DNA from: a virus
DNA: 64,000 nt
IMG/VR virus record: IMGVR_UViG_3300022562_001344
Span: 18,277 to 82,276 of that record
Direction: 5' to 3' (one strand)
Shown in pieces: positions 1 to 9,421 of the stretch. Both the position numbers and the translations under genes were made by a program. The notes under the pieces are model-generated. The model was not told the origin of the DNA and did not search any database. It saw only the letters and a list, made by a program, of their open reading frames with translations. Each line of letters begins with the position of its first letter. Within the stretch, counting starts at the first letter, position 1.

Positions 1-1
1 G

Positions 2-1174
2 AACCTCCACTACGTCCTTCTCTCCCCGACTGGTATTGCGGCGAAGCGCCTGTCCCAGGTCACGAGGAAGTCGGCCTCTACCATTCACCGGGCCCTCGGC
101 TACACCCGGGACGGGGCCTGGGAGTTCGACAAGCACAACAAGTACTCGGTCGACGCCGTGATCGTGGATGAGATGAGCATGGTCGACGCCTCGACCTTCT
201 ACCATCTTGTCACGGCGCTTTCCGACGGGTGCGTTCTCGTCCTTGTCGGGGATGCCGCGCAGCTTCCGTCCGTTGGTGCCGGGTATGTCCTGAACAACCT
301 GATGCAGTGCCCGGATGTTCCGCATGTCTCCCTTACCCGCATCTACAGGCAGGAGAGGCAGTCCGACATCATCAGGACGGCTCACTCCATTCTCGCCGGC
401 GAGGAGATCGATACCTCCTATAGACAGAGCTCCGAGTTCGTCTTCCTCGAGTTCCACAAGGACGACGTGGTCGAGGAGGTCAGGAGGCTCACCGCCTTGA
501 TGAAGGACAAGGGCTCGAACTTCCAGGTCATTGCCCCTATGTACGAGGGGGACCTCGGTGTCAACAACCTCAACCGGAAGCTTCGCGAGGTCCTGAACCC
601 GTTCTTCATTTCTGGGAAGGCCACGAGGCTCAAGCATGGCGCGTGTGACTTGTACGAGGGGGACCGCGTCATGGTCGTCAAGAACGACTATGACCGAATG
701 GTCTTTAACGGCGATGTTGGAAAGGTCCAGCGCATCTCCACCAGGGACGATGAGGTCGAGGTCCGCGTCTTCGACTGGTTCGACCATGAGGCTCCGGTTC
801 CGCGTTACGTCGACAAGGTGTTTACGTTCAAGGTTGAGGAGGCCAGGAACGTCCTCCGGGTCGCCTACGCGTGCACGACCCATAAGGTCCAGGGACAGGA
901 GTTCGACTATGTCATCCTTCCCATGACCATGCAGTACGGCATTATGCTGTACCGAAACCTCGTCTATACGGCCGTGACTCGCGCTAAGAAGAAGGTCTTC
1001 ATCTTCGGTGAGTCCAGGGCGTTCAAGTTTTCCGTCCAGAACGACCGTGAGACCGTTCGGAACTCGTCGCTGGCCGACCTGGTCACGTCAGAGGTCCGCA
1101 ACGGAGATCCTCCGGTGTCCCGCGTATCGGGCGTCGAGGAGGAATCCATTGTCGAAGACGCAGCGAGTAGTTGA
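2..1174 (+). CDS. recD2: RecD2-like SF1B helicase (5' truncated by window)
   Basis: Frame open from base 2: SPTGIAAKRL, ASTIHRAL, IVDEMSM (Walker B), GDAAQLPSVGAG, YRQ, AYACTTHKVQGQEF, YTAVTRAK. Confidence 0.93.
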   Translation, partial: NLHYVLLSPTGIAAKRLSQVTRKSASTIHRALGYTRDGAWEFDKHNKYSVDAVIVDEMSMVDASTFYHLVTALSDGCVLVLVGDAAQLPSVGAGYVLNNLMQCPDVPHVSLTRIYRQERQSDIIRTAHSILAGEEIDTSYRQSSEFVFLEFHKDDVVEEVRRLTALMKDKGSNFQVIAPMYEGDLGVNNLNRKLREVLNPFFISGKATRLKHGACDLYEGDRVMVVKNDYDRMVFNGDVGKVQRISTRDDEVEVRVFDWFDHEAPVPRYVDKVFTFKVEEARNVLRVAYACTTHKVQGQEFDYVILPMTMQYGIMLYRNLVYTAVTRAKKKVFIFGESRAFKFSVQNDRETVRNSSLADLVTSEVRNGDPPVSRVSGVEEESIVEDAASS

Positions 1175-1484
1175 CCTGGTGAAGGAGATTTCCGAGCTCG
1201 AGTCCCTGAGGGAGTCGAAGCTCGCCGAGCTCCAGGCCCTTATCGGGGACAAATCCGGACCGAGGGCGAAAGCAGCGAAGACGGCTAAGGCCGGGACGGA
1301 GTGGCCGGAACGCATCGTCCAGTACCTGGCCCGACGCCGTGGCCAAGCAGTCGGGGCAGGCGAACTCTGTAAGTCTCTGAAGTGCCCGCCGCACGTTCTG
1401 GTCTACCACATGAAGGCTCTCATCGAGGAGAAGCGAGTGAAGCGGGTGAAGCGGGGGTACTACCAGCTTCGTGGCAGGTCTTGA
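1149..1484 (+). CDS. small coiled-coil plus winged-HTH DNA-binding protein
   Basis: TTG start chosen within ORF 1008-1484; C-terminal ELCKSLKCPPHVLVYHMKALIEEKRVKRVKRGYY resembles wHTH with wing. Confidence 0.55.
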   Translation: MSKTQRVVDLVKEISELESLRESKLAELQALIGDKSGPRAKAAKTAKAGTEWPERIVQYLARRRGQAVGAGELCKSLKCPPHVLVYHMKALIEEKRVKRVKRGYYQLRGRS

Positions 1485-1499
1485 GCTGTAATCTCGGTC

Positions 1500-2495
1500 G
1501 TGTCCGAGATTCGCTTTTTGACATCTTCTGACGAGCATCTAGCAGACCTGTCCCCCGGGTTCCGAAAGGACGACTATAAGTCGGCCGTCCTGGGGAAGCT
1601 GGACTGGCAGGGGTCCCTTGCCCGGAAGTTCGAGGCTAACGCCGTGCTTCGCGGCGGGGACCTCTTTCACGTCAAGGCTGCGAACAAGACCACGATGGCC
1701 ACGATGGCCGCCGTGGCTGGGGTCCATCGTCGCTATCCGTGTCCGACCTATTCGGTCGCGGGTAATCATGACATGACCCATAACGACCCAGACACTGTCC
1801 CGAGGCAACCGCTGGGGGTCCTCTTCGAGGCGGGCGTCATCAGGCCTCTGTCCGATGAGCGCTTCACGTCCGGGTCCATGAGCGTCCGCGTTGTCGGGGT
1901 CGAGTATGTTACCGACCTGGACGACGAGGGCCTCAGGGATATGGTCCGGAAGAAGGACGGGGACACATACACGATTGCCGTCGTCCATGCCCTGGCCGCG
2001 TACGCCCCGGAGGAGCGCATCCAGTCATTTTTCGGCGAGCGCATCTTCGACTACCGGGACCTCGTCTTCGAGGGATGCCCGGACGCCTACGTCTTTGCTC
2101 ACTACCACAAGGACCAGGGAATCCGGGAACACCTCGGGGTCCAATTCGTGAACCTCGGTGCTGTTTCCCGCGGCGCCCTGACCTTCGAGAACATGGAGAG
2201 GAGGCCGAAGGTGTCCTCGATCCTGTGTTCCTCTAGCGGAATCTCCATCGAGGAGCACGAAATCCCCTGCGAGGACGCGTCCGCCGTCTTCGACCTCGAG
2301 AAGAAGCAGCAGCTCGAGAAGGAGAGGAGGATGATGGACGACTTCATCAAGCACCTCAGGGAGAACTCGGGTGTCGGTGACGGCGAGATCAAGGACCGCG
2401 TGGCCGCCTTTGAGGCTGGGGACTACCCGGATGACCTGAAGAGGGTTGTCTTGTCCACTATCGAGGCCGCTGAGGCCGGCGTCTTGGAGGAGTGA
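1500..2495 (+). CDS. SbcD/Mre11-like metallophosphoesterase nuclease
   Basis: Motifs SDEH, GGDLFH, GNHD, VH, AHYH, NLG; near SbcC-like gene. Confidence 0.88.
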   Translation: MSEIRFLTSSDEHLADLSPGFRKDDYKSAVLGKLDWQGSLARKFEANAVLRGGDLFHVKAANKTTMATMAAVAGVHRRYPCPTYSVAGNHDMTHNDPDTVPRQPLGVLFEAGVIRPLSDERFTSGSMSVRVVGVEYVTDLDDEGLRDMVRKKDGDTYTIAVVHALAAYAPEERIQSFFGERIFDYRDLVFEGCPDAYVFAHYHKDQGIREHLGVQFVNLGAVSRGALTFENMERRPKVSSILCSSSGISIEEHEIPCEDASAVFDLEKKQQLEKERRMMDDFIKHLRENSGVGDGEIKDRVAAFEAGDYPDDLKRVVLSTIEAAEAGVLEE

Positions 2496-3337
2496 TGGGG
2501 TACGACCAATACCTCAGCTACTCTGGTCGGAAGGCCTATGAGTGCCCGAGCCAGTACCAGCATAGGTATATCCTGAAGACTCAGGTCCCTCGCGACCCTA
2601 GGACCTCGTTTTTCGGCTCCATGATCGGGAAGGTCTTCGAGTGGTTCTACGAAAGGTCCGTCTGGGCTGACCCGGATCCAGAGGCGGTTGCCGTTTCCCT
2701 CATTCCGGAGGCCGTCCGCTTCGTCTTGCAGGACGAGGGGTTCTCTCGTTCTCAAGATCCGACGTATGTGGCCAACGTAGAGGAGGAAGTCCGCGACCTG
2801 GTCCCGAAGGGCGTCGGAGTCATCCGGGACCACAGGCTTCTTTCTCCGAACAGTAGGGCCGAGATCGACTTGACCGTGAATTACACGAGTCAGAAACACG
2901 GGATGACGGTCCGGCTTGGAGGCCGGACGGACTTCGTCCACTATCAGTCACCGGAGGACGTCTGGATCCTGGACGGGAAGGGGTCCAGGCACCGCGAGAA
3001 GTATGTAGACTCGGAGCAGGTGATCTGGTACGCTGTCCAGCACTACTTGAAGTACCGCGTCGCCCCGTCCCGCCTCGGGTTCCTCTATTGGCGCTTCCCG
3101 AAGGACCCCGTTCAATGGATCGAGTACGACGAACAGTCGATGCGGGACAGCCTGGACCGGACCTTCGACGTGGTCAAGAGGATCCGTCTTAAGATGTTCG
3201 ACCCGAAGCCCTCTTCCGCATGCCACAGGTGCGACTATCGCCCCCACTGTTCGGAGGGGACCCGATACCTGGCCGAGAGACGGGTGGAGACGGGTGGCCG
3301 CATCGAGTCGTCTGTCTTCGACCTGGAGCAGGTCTGA
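2492..3337 (+). CDS. PD-(D/E)XK nuclease (RecB/AddB/Cas4-like)
   Basis: LSYS..ECP N-terminus, GRTD..ILDGK, QxxWY, C-terminal CxxCxxxxxC (probable Fe-S ligands). Confidence 0.85.
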   Translation: MMGYDQYLSYSGRKAYECPSQYQHRYILKTQVPRDPRTSFFGSMIGKVFEWFYERSVWADPDPEAVAVSLIPEAVRFVLQDEGFSRSQDPTYVANVEEEVRDLVPKGVGVIRDHRLLSPNSRAEIDLTVNYTSQKHGMTVRLGGRTDFVHYQSPEDVWILDGKGSRHREKYVDSEQVIWYAVQHYLKYRVAPSRLGFLYWRFPKDPVQWIEYDEQSMRDSLDRTFDVVKRIRLKMFDPKPSSACHRCDYRPHCSEGTRYLAERRVETGGRIESSVFDLEQV

Positions 3338-3355
3338 GCTGTACTCTGGTAAGCC

Positions 3356-3655
3356 ATGGCTGACAAAACCGAAAGCACCAAGGATCTCGAGGCAAGGTAC
3401 AAAGGCCTCCAGGGCCGCCTTACGACCCTGAAGGCCGACAAGGGGACGGTCGAGGCCGAGCTCGCCGCCAGGCAGAGGGCCCTGAAGAAGAGTATGGACG
3501 AGTGTCGCGCCGCCGGGTTCGACCCGGATAACCTGCAGGAAGAGATCCGTCGGGCCAAGGAAGTGGTCGGGGTGAAGCTCGACACATTCCAGGCCGATAT
3601 CGAGGCCGGGGAGAAGATCGTCCGCCCGCTCGTCGAGGCGATCCGGCGGGGCTGA
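3356..3655 (+). CDS. small coiled-coil protein
   Basis: 99 aa heptad-rich ORF in operon. Confidence 0.65.
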   Translation: MADKTESTKDLEARYKGLQGRLTTLKADKGTVEAELAARQRALKKSMDECRAAGFDPDNLQEEIRRAKEVVGVKLDTFQADIEAGEKIVRPLVEAIRRG

Positions 3656-3656
3656 T

Positions 3657-4790
3657 ATGCCGAAGTTCTCCTTTCAGCCGGAGGACCTGAAGCGCGCTCT
3701 CGCGCTCGCTAGGACCGTCAAGCCAGAGACGGGGGACTTCTGTTTCAAGTTCGCGTCGGATTCCCTCATCATCTTCTCCTTCGACCGGCGTCGTTACGTC
3801 TGTTCCCGCGTACCCGCCACGCCGGACAAGCCGGTCGAGCCGGACTTCCAGTCCCCGGACTACTACGTGACCCTGGATCGGACTGCCCTTTTCGACTCGG
3901 ACCTGACGTCCGTCACCGTTTCCGTGAACGAGAAGTCGATGTCCGTGAGCGCGACGGATGGGGATCAGACGAGGAACGCGAGCCTGAAGCGCAAGGCTGT
4001 CCGTTCTAAGCGCCCGCCTGTCCCGTCCGCCCCGGACTTGCCATCAGTCAGTGTGCAGACCGCCGCGTTTGAGGCGCTCCTCCATCAGGTGTCGTGCTCT
4101 GCACTCGTCAAGGAGACTAAGACCGAGGAGGAAATGCGCGTCAACCAGGTCCACTTTTACGCGGACGACGGATGCGCTTGTTCCAGCGCCCGTTACTACG
4201 GATCCGCCGTGTATCTCGATGGGCTCGGCCTGGACCTTTCCGTGGTGAGCTCCGACATTCCGGCCCTTAAGTCGTTCTGCTCAAAGTCGGTCTCCGACGT
4301 CGTGAGCGTGAGCCAGGACAAGTCCCGCCTCTACCTGTCTGACCCGGTCTCCGGGTCGTTTCTCGCTCTCAGCAGGGTTGCGACTAAGAAGCCGCCCCTG
4401 TCCGTCCTTGATCCCGACGGCTTTCAGACGGTCATCGTCGCTGACCACTCACAGCTCCTGAAGAACCTCGGATGGGCCCAGTTGGCTATTGAAGGGACTC
4501 AACGCCTTGGCTTTCGGGCCTCGAGGCCCGGCGGTTCGGAGGTCGGGGAGGTCGTGCTTTGGTCCGAGTCGGCTGAACTCTCGAGGTTCCCGGTTCGCTT
4601 CTTGAAGGGAGATGGTCTGTCCGCGGATTTCCCGGTCCGATTCTTCCACTCTCTCGTCAAGCACGTGGACGGGGACGTGTCCCTCGGTTTTTCCCATCCG
4701 GACGCTCCGACGGTCCTTGGCGTATTCCCGACTCAGCCAGACCAGTCCGTTCGTTATGTTCATTATCTGCAGAGTATGAGGGCACGTTGA
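3657..4790 (+). CDS. DNA polymerase III beta / sliding-clamp-like protein
   Basis: 377 aa, alternating beta/alpha pattern in about three domains, same block as DnaX clamp loader; divergent. Confidence 0.6.
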   Translation: MPKFSFQPEDLKRALALARTVKPETGDFCFKFASDSLIIFSFDRRRYVCSRVPATPDKPVEPDFQSPDYYVTLDRTALFDSDLTSVTVSVNEKSMSVSATDGDQTRNASLKRKAVRSKRPPVPSAPDLPSVSVQTAAFEALLHQVSCSALVKETKTEEEMRVNQVHFYADDGCACSSARYYGSAVYLDGLGLDLSVVSSDIPALKSFCSKSVSDVVSVSQDKSRLYLSDPVSGSFLALSRVATKKPPLSVLDPDGFQTVIVADHSQLLKNLGWAQLAIEGTQRLGFRASRPGGSEVGEVVLWSESAELSRFPVRFLKGDGLSADFPVRFFHSLVKHVDGDVSLGFSHPDAPTVLGVFPTQPDQSVRYVHYLQSMRAR

Positions 4791-5443
4791 GTAACCTCCA
4801 GGATCTTAAGGGAAGGCTTCAGATTCTCAAGGAGAACATAGCCCGGGCCGAGGCCCACCGAGACTCTGTTCGTGCCCGTCGTGAGACGGCCGAGCGCGTC
4901 GCCTCTTCTCTCAGGTACGACGCCGAGCTTCAGCAGAAGAGCTCGGAGGTGATCAAGTCATGGCTGGACGACATGCTCAGGAGCAATGTTGACTCGATCG
5001 CGTCCCTGGCCACCAGCGGTCTCCGGCACGTCATTCACGACCAGGACCTGTCCTTCCGGATCAAGCAAGAGCTCAAGTACAACCGCGTCTCCATGAGTTT
5101 CGTCATCGAGGACGGAGGTGTGGAGGGTGACCCGATGTCCTCTTTCGGAGGAGGAGCCGTCCTCGTGGCGAGCCTGATTCTGAGACTTGCCGTCATGTCC
5201 CGCCTCGGCATGGGGAACCTTCTTCTCCTGGACGAGACCATGTTCGCTCTTGCGAACAAGTATGTCCCGTCCGCTGCCGACTTCATGCGGCAGCTCTCCG
5301 AGGAGACCGGGGTGAACATCTTCATGGTCACGCATAACGAGGAGTTCATGTCAAACGCCCACACTGCCTACGAGGGCTTCTCTGCCCCCTCCTCGGACGA
5401 TTCGGTCAACAAGCGAGTATTTCGTCTTCGGCGTCGCGCGTAG
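4787..5443 (+). CDS. SbcC/Rad50-like ATPase, C-terminal half only
   Basis: Coiled coil, signature SFGGG, Walker B LLLLDE, H-loop VTH; no Walker A. Confidence 0.85.
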   Translation: MSNLQDLKGRLQILKENIARAEAHRDSVRARRETAERVASSLRYDAELQQKSSEVIKSWLDDMLRSNVDSIASLATSGLRHVIHDQDLSFRIKQELKYNRVSMSFVIEDGGVEGDPMSSFGGGAVLVASLILRLAVMSRLGMGNLLLLDETMFALANKYVPSAADFMRQLSEETGVNIFMVTHNEEFMSNAHTAYEGFSAPSSDDSVNKRVFRLRRRA

Positions 5444-5454
5444 GGTGATGACCC

Positions 5455-6093
5455 GTGAAGTCAAGGGAGGAAGTGCTCAGGAGGCTGAAGAAGCTCCGGG
5501 CCCGGTATCTTCGCCGGCATCTCCGCCTGTCTCAGGACAGGCGGCCTCGGAATTGTTCCTACAATCACGAGGTTCAGGCATCCCCCGCCAGGAGCCGCTT
5601 CTCGGACCCGGGCGACGACGTCTCCGGCCCCGGGGATGAAAGGCCGGTGCAACCAGCTCGTTCTTCATCTCTGGTCGTCCTACAGGACGATCCGTCCGTT
5701 CGTGTCTGCCTGTATGGATGTGAAGATCCGGCGACCTGGGCCGGCGACCTTTGCTACACGGACGAGAAGGCCGAGTCCTGTGGTTGGTTCAAGCCCGAGA
5801 AGGACCCGGCCGAGGCGGAGCGGGAGTTCGACGCCATGCTTGCCGACGACAAGTACGTCTACGACCACTATCCGGACGTGGCGGCTCTTCAGTGGGTTCT
5901 CGAAGACCGGGTCCACAGGCACCGCCCGGGGTTGCTCGAGAGGCTTTGGCGTCGTCTGTTTCGCCCGAAGTCCGTGTCCAAGCCGAAGCTCCTTCCTCCT
6001 GTCGCTGATCTCGGATCGGACGCCCTTGATGTCGACCAGGATGTCCTGGAGAATCCGGACTTCGACCCGAGCTTGACCGGCCTGTTCCGATGA
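5455..6093 (+). CDS. hypothetical Cys-containing protein
   Basis: 212 aa ORF, NCSYN..VCLYG..LC..SCGWF; overlaps next start ATGA. Confidence 0.65.
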   Translation: MKSREEVLRRLKKLRARYLRRHLRLSQDRRPRNCSYNHEVQASPARSRFSDPGDDVSGPGDERPVQPARSSSLVVLQDDPSVRVCLYGCEDPATWAGDLCYTDEKAESCGWFKPEKDPAEAEREFDAMLADDKYVYDHYPDVAALQWVLEDRVHRHRPGLLERLWRRLFRPKSVSKPKLLPPVADLGSDALDVDQDVLENPDFDPSLTGLFR

Positions 6094-6716
6094 TTCTCCT
6101 GCGAATACTTGAGCACGACTTGCATAGGTCCAGGCAGGGAGACGCGGTGCCCCTGTGCGTCGGGATCCCGGCCAAGAAGGAGTTCCTTCCCGCCATCGTT
6201 TCCAACTCGAAGGGGAAGTTCGTCGCCATAGACCATCTCGGCCCCTCGAACGGGATGAAGGCGCTCATTCCGAATGTCCCGTGGGACTCGGAACGCATCT
6301 ACGGGCTCGTTTTCCCCTGGGACTCGGACCGGCTCGATGACGTTATAGGGGATATGTGTTCTGCGGCTCGAGACCTGTCTGTGGCCAACAACTGGGGGAA
6401 CGTCTTCTCCGGCAATGGCGCAGCAAAGAAGGCGTTCGACTACGTCCACGAGTCCTCCGGTCTGGATGGGCAGCCCCACGTCTGCCTGGTCCCGGAGGGG
6501 TGGAGCCAGTCCAGGATCAAGCGTTTCTTTGGGAAGTCGAACGTCGATGAGCAGCAGCGGAAGTACCGCCGTCACTGCTGGATCGTCTCGTCCAAAGCTG
6601 AGTTCCCGGTCTTCTTGTCTCGTCCTGACTTCGTCGGGATGTACACCCAGTTCATGGGCGGAAACTCGAGCATCGTCCTGCACAACGTTCGTCTCGGAAT
6701 GGGCTTCTGTCTGTGA
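6090..6716 (+). CDS. hypothetical protein, weak resemblance to capsid protein C-terminus
   Basis: 208 aa, coupled ATGA/GTGA junctions. Confidence 0.6.
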   Translation: MILLRILEHDLHRSRQGDAVPLCVGIPAKKEFLPAIVSNSKGKFVAIDHLGPSNGMKALIPNVPWDSERIYGLVFPWDSDRLDDVIGDMCSAARDLSVANNWGNVFSGNGAAKKAFDYVHESSGLDGQPHVCLVPEGWSQSRIKRFFGKSNVDEQQRKYRRHCWIVSSKAEFPVFLSRPDFVGMYTQFMGGNSSIVLHNVRLGMGFCL

Positions 6717-7522
6717 CTCTGGTCGACGGGTTTGTTGAGTGGGCCCACACTGGCCTCCTGGACAGCGACGAGGCGCAGGCGTATCTGCGCGGTCGCGGGG
6801 TCTCAGAGGAGCAGTGGGTTAGGCACCGGCTCGGCTATGTCGCCGGGGACTACTCCGTTGATCCTTCCATCGACCCGGGCCACAACGAGGCTTGTGGTGA
6901 TAGGGACAAGAGGGGCCTATGGTGTGACAGCTGCCGCTACGCTCACTGGTCTGCGGTTTGGGTCAGGGCTGACGACGAGCCGGAAGACGCCCCGAAGCGC
7001 CCGATCATGGGCCGTAGGATACTCGGCGGAGTCGTTTTCCCTCTCACGAACTACGCCGGCGGGACCGTCGGGTTTCAAGTCAGGTCTATCACCGAGAAGT
7101 CTTATGACACCTTCACCGTCCGACATCGTCCGGAGGGGTATTTCTTCGGCATAGCCCAGAGCATTCAGTCCATATGGACGACTCGAGAGGCGTGGATCGT
7201 CGAGGGCGGTTTCGACCATCTCGTGATCGAGCGTCTGGTTGCCAAGAACGTGGTCAGTTTGACCACCAGTGCCCCGGGGAAGGAGCAGACAAGGTTCCTT
7301 CGCCGCTTCGTGGACACGGTGAATTCATGCCTGGACCGTGACGCCGGCGGAAGGAAGGGCTTTCAGTCCATAGTTAAGTGGAACTCCGACCACTTCGGCA
7401 TTCGGGATATCGAGTATCCTCGGGTCAAGCCGAAGGACAAGGATCTCGGTGACTTCTGGAAGTCCGTCGGGGACGAGGCCTTTGCCAGGTATTTCAGGGA
7501 GAGAGTAATCTCCAGATTTTGA
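6713..7522 (+). CDS. dnaG: DnaG-type primase (catalytic core plus Toprim)
   Basis: AQAYLRGRG, LGY, VVFPL..GFQVR, IVEGGFD, LDRDAGG, KDLGD. Confidence 0.88.
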   Translation: MTLVDGFVEWAHTGLLDSDEAQAYLRGRGVSEEQWVRHRLGYVAGDYSVDPSIDPGHNEACGDRDKRGLWCDSCRYAHWSAVWVRADDEPEDAPKRPIMGRRILGGVVFPLTNYAGGTVGFQVRSITEKSYDTFTVRHRPEGYFFGIAQSIQSIWTTREAWIVEGGFDHLVIERLVAKNVVSLTTSAPGKEQTRFLRRFVDTVNSCLDRDAGGRKGFQSIVKWNSDHFGIRDIEYPRVKPKDKDLGDFWKSVGDEAFARYFRERVISRF

Positions 7523-7529
7523 GGTCGAC

Positions 7530-8030
7530 GTGAAAAACAGCAACGGAACAGACTTGATCGAGAACGACGCGGTCCGGGACGAAAGGAAGAAGTCCGAGAA
7601 GATCCCGCTTCTTTTCGACGACTTCGAACAGGCGGAGGGCATCGCCGGCCGTCTGATTCCGGAGTTCCACCCGCATCTCGCGAGCGCGGACATTCGGTAT
7701 ATCTGCCGAAATCGAGCCGCCAAGAGGAGCGGCGTCAGTGTTCCCGGGAATGTCTACAAGATTTCCGGGAAGTACCGGTTCCTCACCGGTTACGACTTCG
7801 TCTTGGAGATTGCTCTCGAAGTCTGGAACGAATTGCAGCCGAATCAGAGGACGGCTCTGGTCGACCATCTCCTGGCTCGTTGCGAGGGCGTCGAGGACGA
7901 GGAGAACGGGAGCTACAAGTGGAAAGTCGTTCCACCTGCCATCCAGGAGTTCCCCGAGGTCGCGGAACGTAATGGTCAGTGGAACGAAGGGCTCGTGGAT
8001 ATGGAGAAGGCTCTCCGCGCCAGGATGTAG
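7530..8030 (+). CDS. phage metallopeptidase-like protein (degenerate HExxH)
   Basis: HPHLASADIRY, YDFVLEI..W..L...QRTALVDHLLARC, IQEFPEVAERNGQW. Confidence 0.7.
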   Translation: MKNSNGTDLIENDAVRDERKKSEKIPLLFDDFEQAEGIAGRLIPEFHPHLASADIRYICRNRAAKRSGVSVPGNVYKISGKYRFLTGYDFVLEIALEVWNELQPNQRTALVDHLLARCEGVEDEENGSYKWKVVPPAIQEFPEVAERNGQWNEGLVDMEKALRARM

Positions 8031-8038
8031 TCTGTTCT

Positions 8039-9421
8039 GTGGCTAAGCTCGACCTGAAGTACCGACCGTCCCGCTTCTCCCAGGTGCTCGGGAATGAGGG
8101 GATCCGGAAGCTGCTTCTGAAGCGGAGTGTTGACGGGACCCTCGGCGACCAATCCATGATGTTCGGGGGTCCGAAGGGCTGTGGCAAGACGTCCATGGCC
8201 CGGATCGTCGCTCGCGCATTGCTGTGCGCGGACCTGGACGGTGGTGAGCCGTGCGGTGAATGCCAGACATGCCGTGCTGTTCTGAATGATGTGTGCGACG
8301 GCGTTGAAGAGCTTGATGCGGCATCTCAGGGGACCGTTGACAGGGTTCGGGCCATGGTCCAAGAGGCTGACTATGGGACGATTGACGGGAAGGACCGGCA
8401 CGTCTATATCATCGACGAGGCCCAAAGGCTCTCGAAGGCTGCGCAGGACGCCCTCCTGAAGGCTGTGGAGAGCCGCCTCTTCACTGTCATTCTTTGTACG
8501 ACTGAGCCCCAGAACATCAAGGGACCCATTAGGGACAGAGTCGAGGAGTACCCGGTATATCCTCCATCCCAGGAGGAGCTCGTCGGTTATCTCGAGAGGG
8601 TCTGTCAGCTCGAGTCTGTGACTGCTGATCGGGACGCTCTTTCTACGATCGTGGAAATGACCGGTCGGACTCCCAGGTCCTGCCTCCTTGCTGTTGACTC
8701 AATCTCCGTTCTCGGAGATGTGACCGTTGACTCTGTCAGTGCTCACTTCCGCTTCAACAGTTATATGGCCGTGGACCGGATCCTCGGGAGTTTGGACTCT
8801 GACCCTGCCTCTGCTTTTGCCTCCCTGGATGAGCTCTCCCGCCGAGAGAGCCCGACCTGGATTCGAGATTCGATTGTTCTTGCTATTTCAAGCGGTCTCA
8901 GGTCTCAGATCGGGGCTAAGTCCACATATCCAGTTAAGACGGGATTCTTTTCGATCCGTGGTCGAGGTTGGCTAGACTTGGCCCGCGACCTGAGTCGAAT
9001 CGATCGTCCGTCCATGGCGGACGTAGAAGCGTCTTTGCTTTCCGGGGTTCCGGCATCCCACTTCCCGATCCAAGACCCGGTCCCTCGGGAAGTTCCCCCG
9101 CCCCCGCCCCCGCCCCCGCCCCTTCCCGAGCCCGTGGATGAGCTTAAGCCAGAGCCTAGACCCGAACCGACTCATCCCGCCCCGCCCGCCCCGCCTCCTC
9201 CGGAGCCGTCTCCGTCAAAGAAAGAGATAACGGTGGATGGTGTGACTTTTTCCAAGGCTGAAAGCCTCACCACCTTGGACGGGAAGATATCCTCTCGTAA
9301 GGAGGATGAGCCTGTCGGGGAGCGCGACGAGATTCCGGTAGGGTTGGACGAGAGCCGTGCCCCACTCACAGAAAAGGAATTCGTCTCCAACTTCCTCGGA
9401 AAGTTCAGAGCAATCCGTTGA
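8039..9421 (+). CDS. dnaX: DNA polymerase III gamma/tau clamp-loader subunit
   Basis: KYRPSRF, GPKGCGKTS, CGECQTC zinc site, ELDAAS, IIDEAQ, LLKAVE; Pro-rich linker. Confidence 0.93.
   Translation: MAKLDLKYRPSRFSQVLGNEGIRKLLLKRSVDGTLGDQSMMFGGPKGCGKTSMARIVARALLCADLDGGEPCGECQTCRAVLNDVCDGVEELDAASQGTVDRVRAMVQEADYGTIDGKDRHVYIIDEAQRLSKAAQDALLKAVESRLFTVILCTTEPQNIKGPIRDRVEEYPVYPPSQEELVGYLERVCQLESVTADRDALSTIVEMTGRTPRSCLLAVDSISVLGDVTVDSVSAHFRFNSYMAVDRILGSLDSDPASAFASLDELSRRESPTWIRDSIVLAISSGLRSQIGAKSTYPVKTGFFSIRGRGWLDLARDLSRIDRPSMADVEASLLSGVPASHFPIQDPVPREVPPPPPPPPPLPEPVDELKPEPRPEPTHPAPPAPPPPEPSPSKKEITVDGVTFSKAESLTTLDGKISSRKEDEPVGERDEIPVGLDESRAPLTEKEFVSNFLGKFRAIR

Noticed and set aside
2492-3337. Cas4 of a CRISPR-Cas system
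   Set aside because: No cas1/cas2 or array in window; context is recombination/replication
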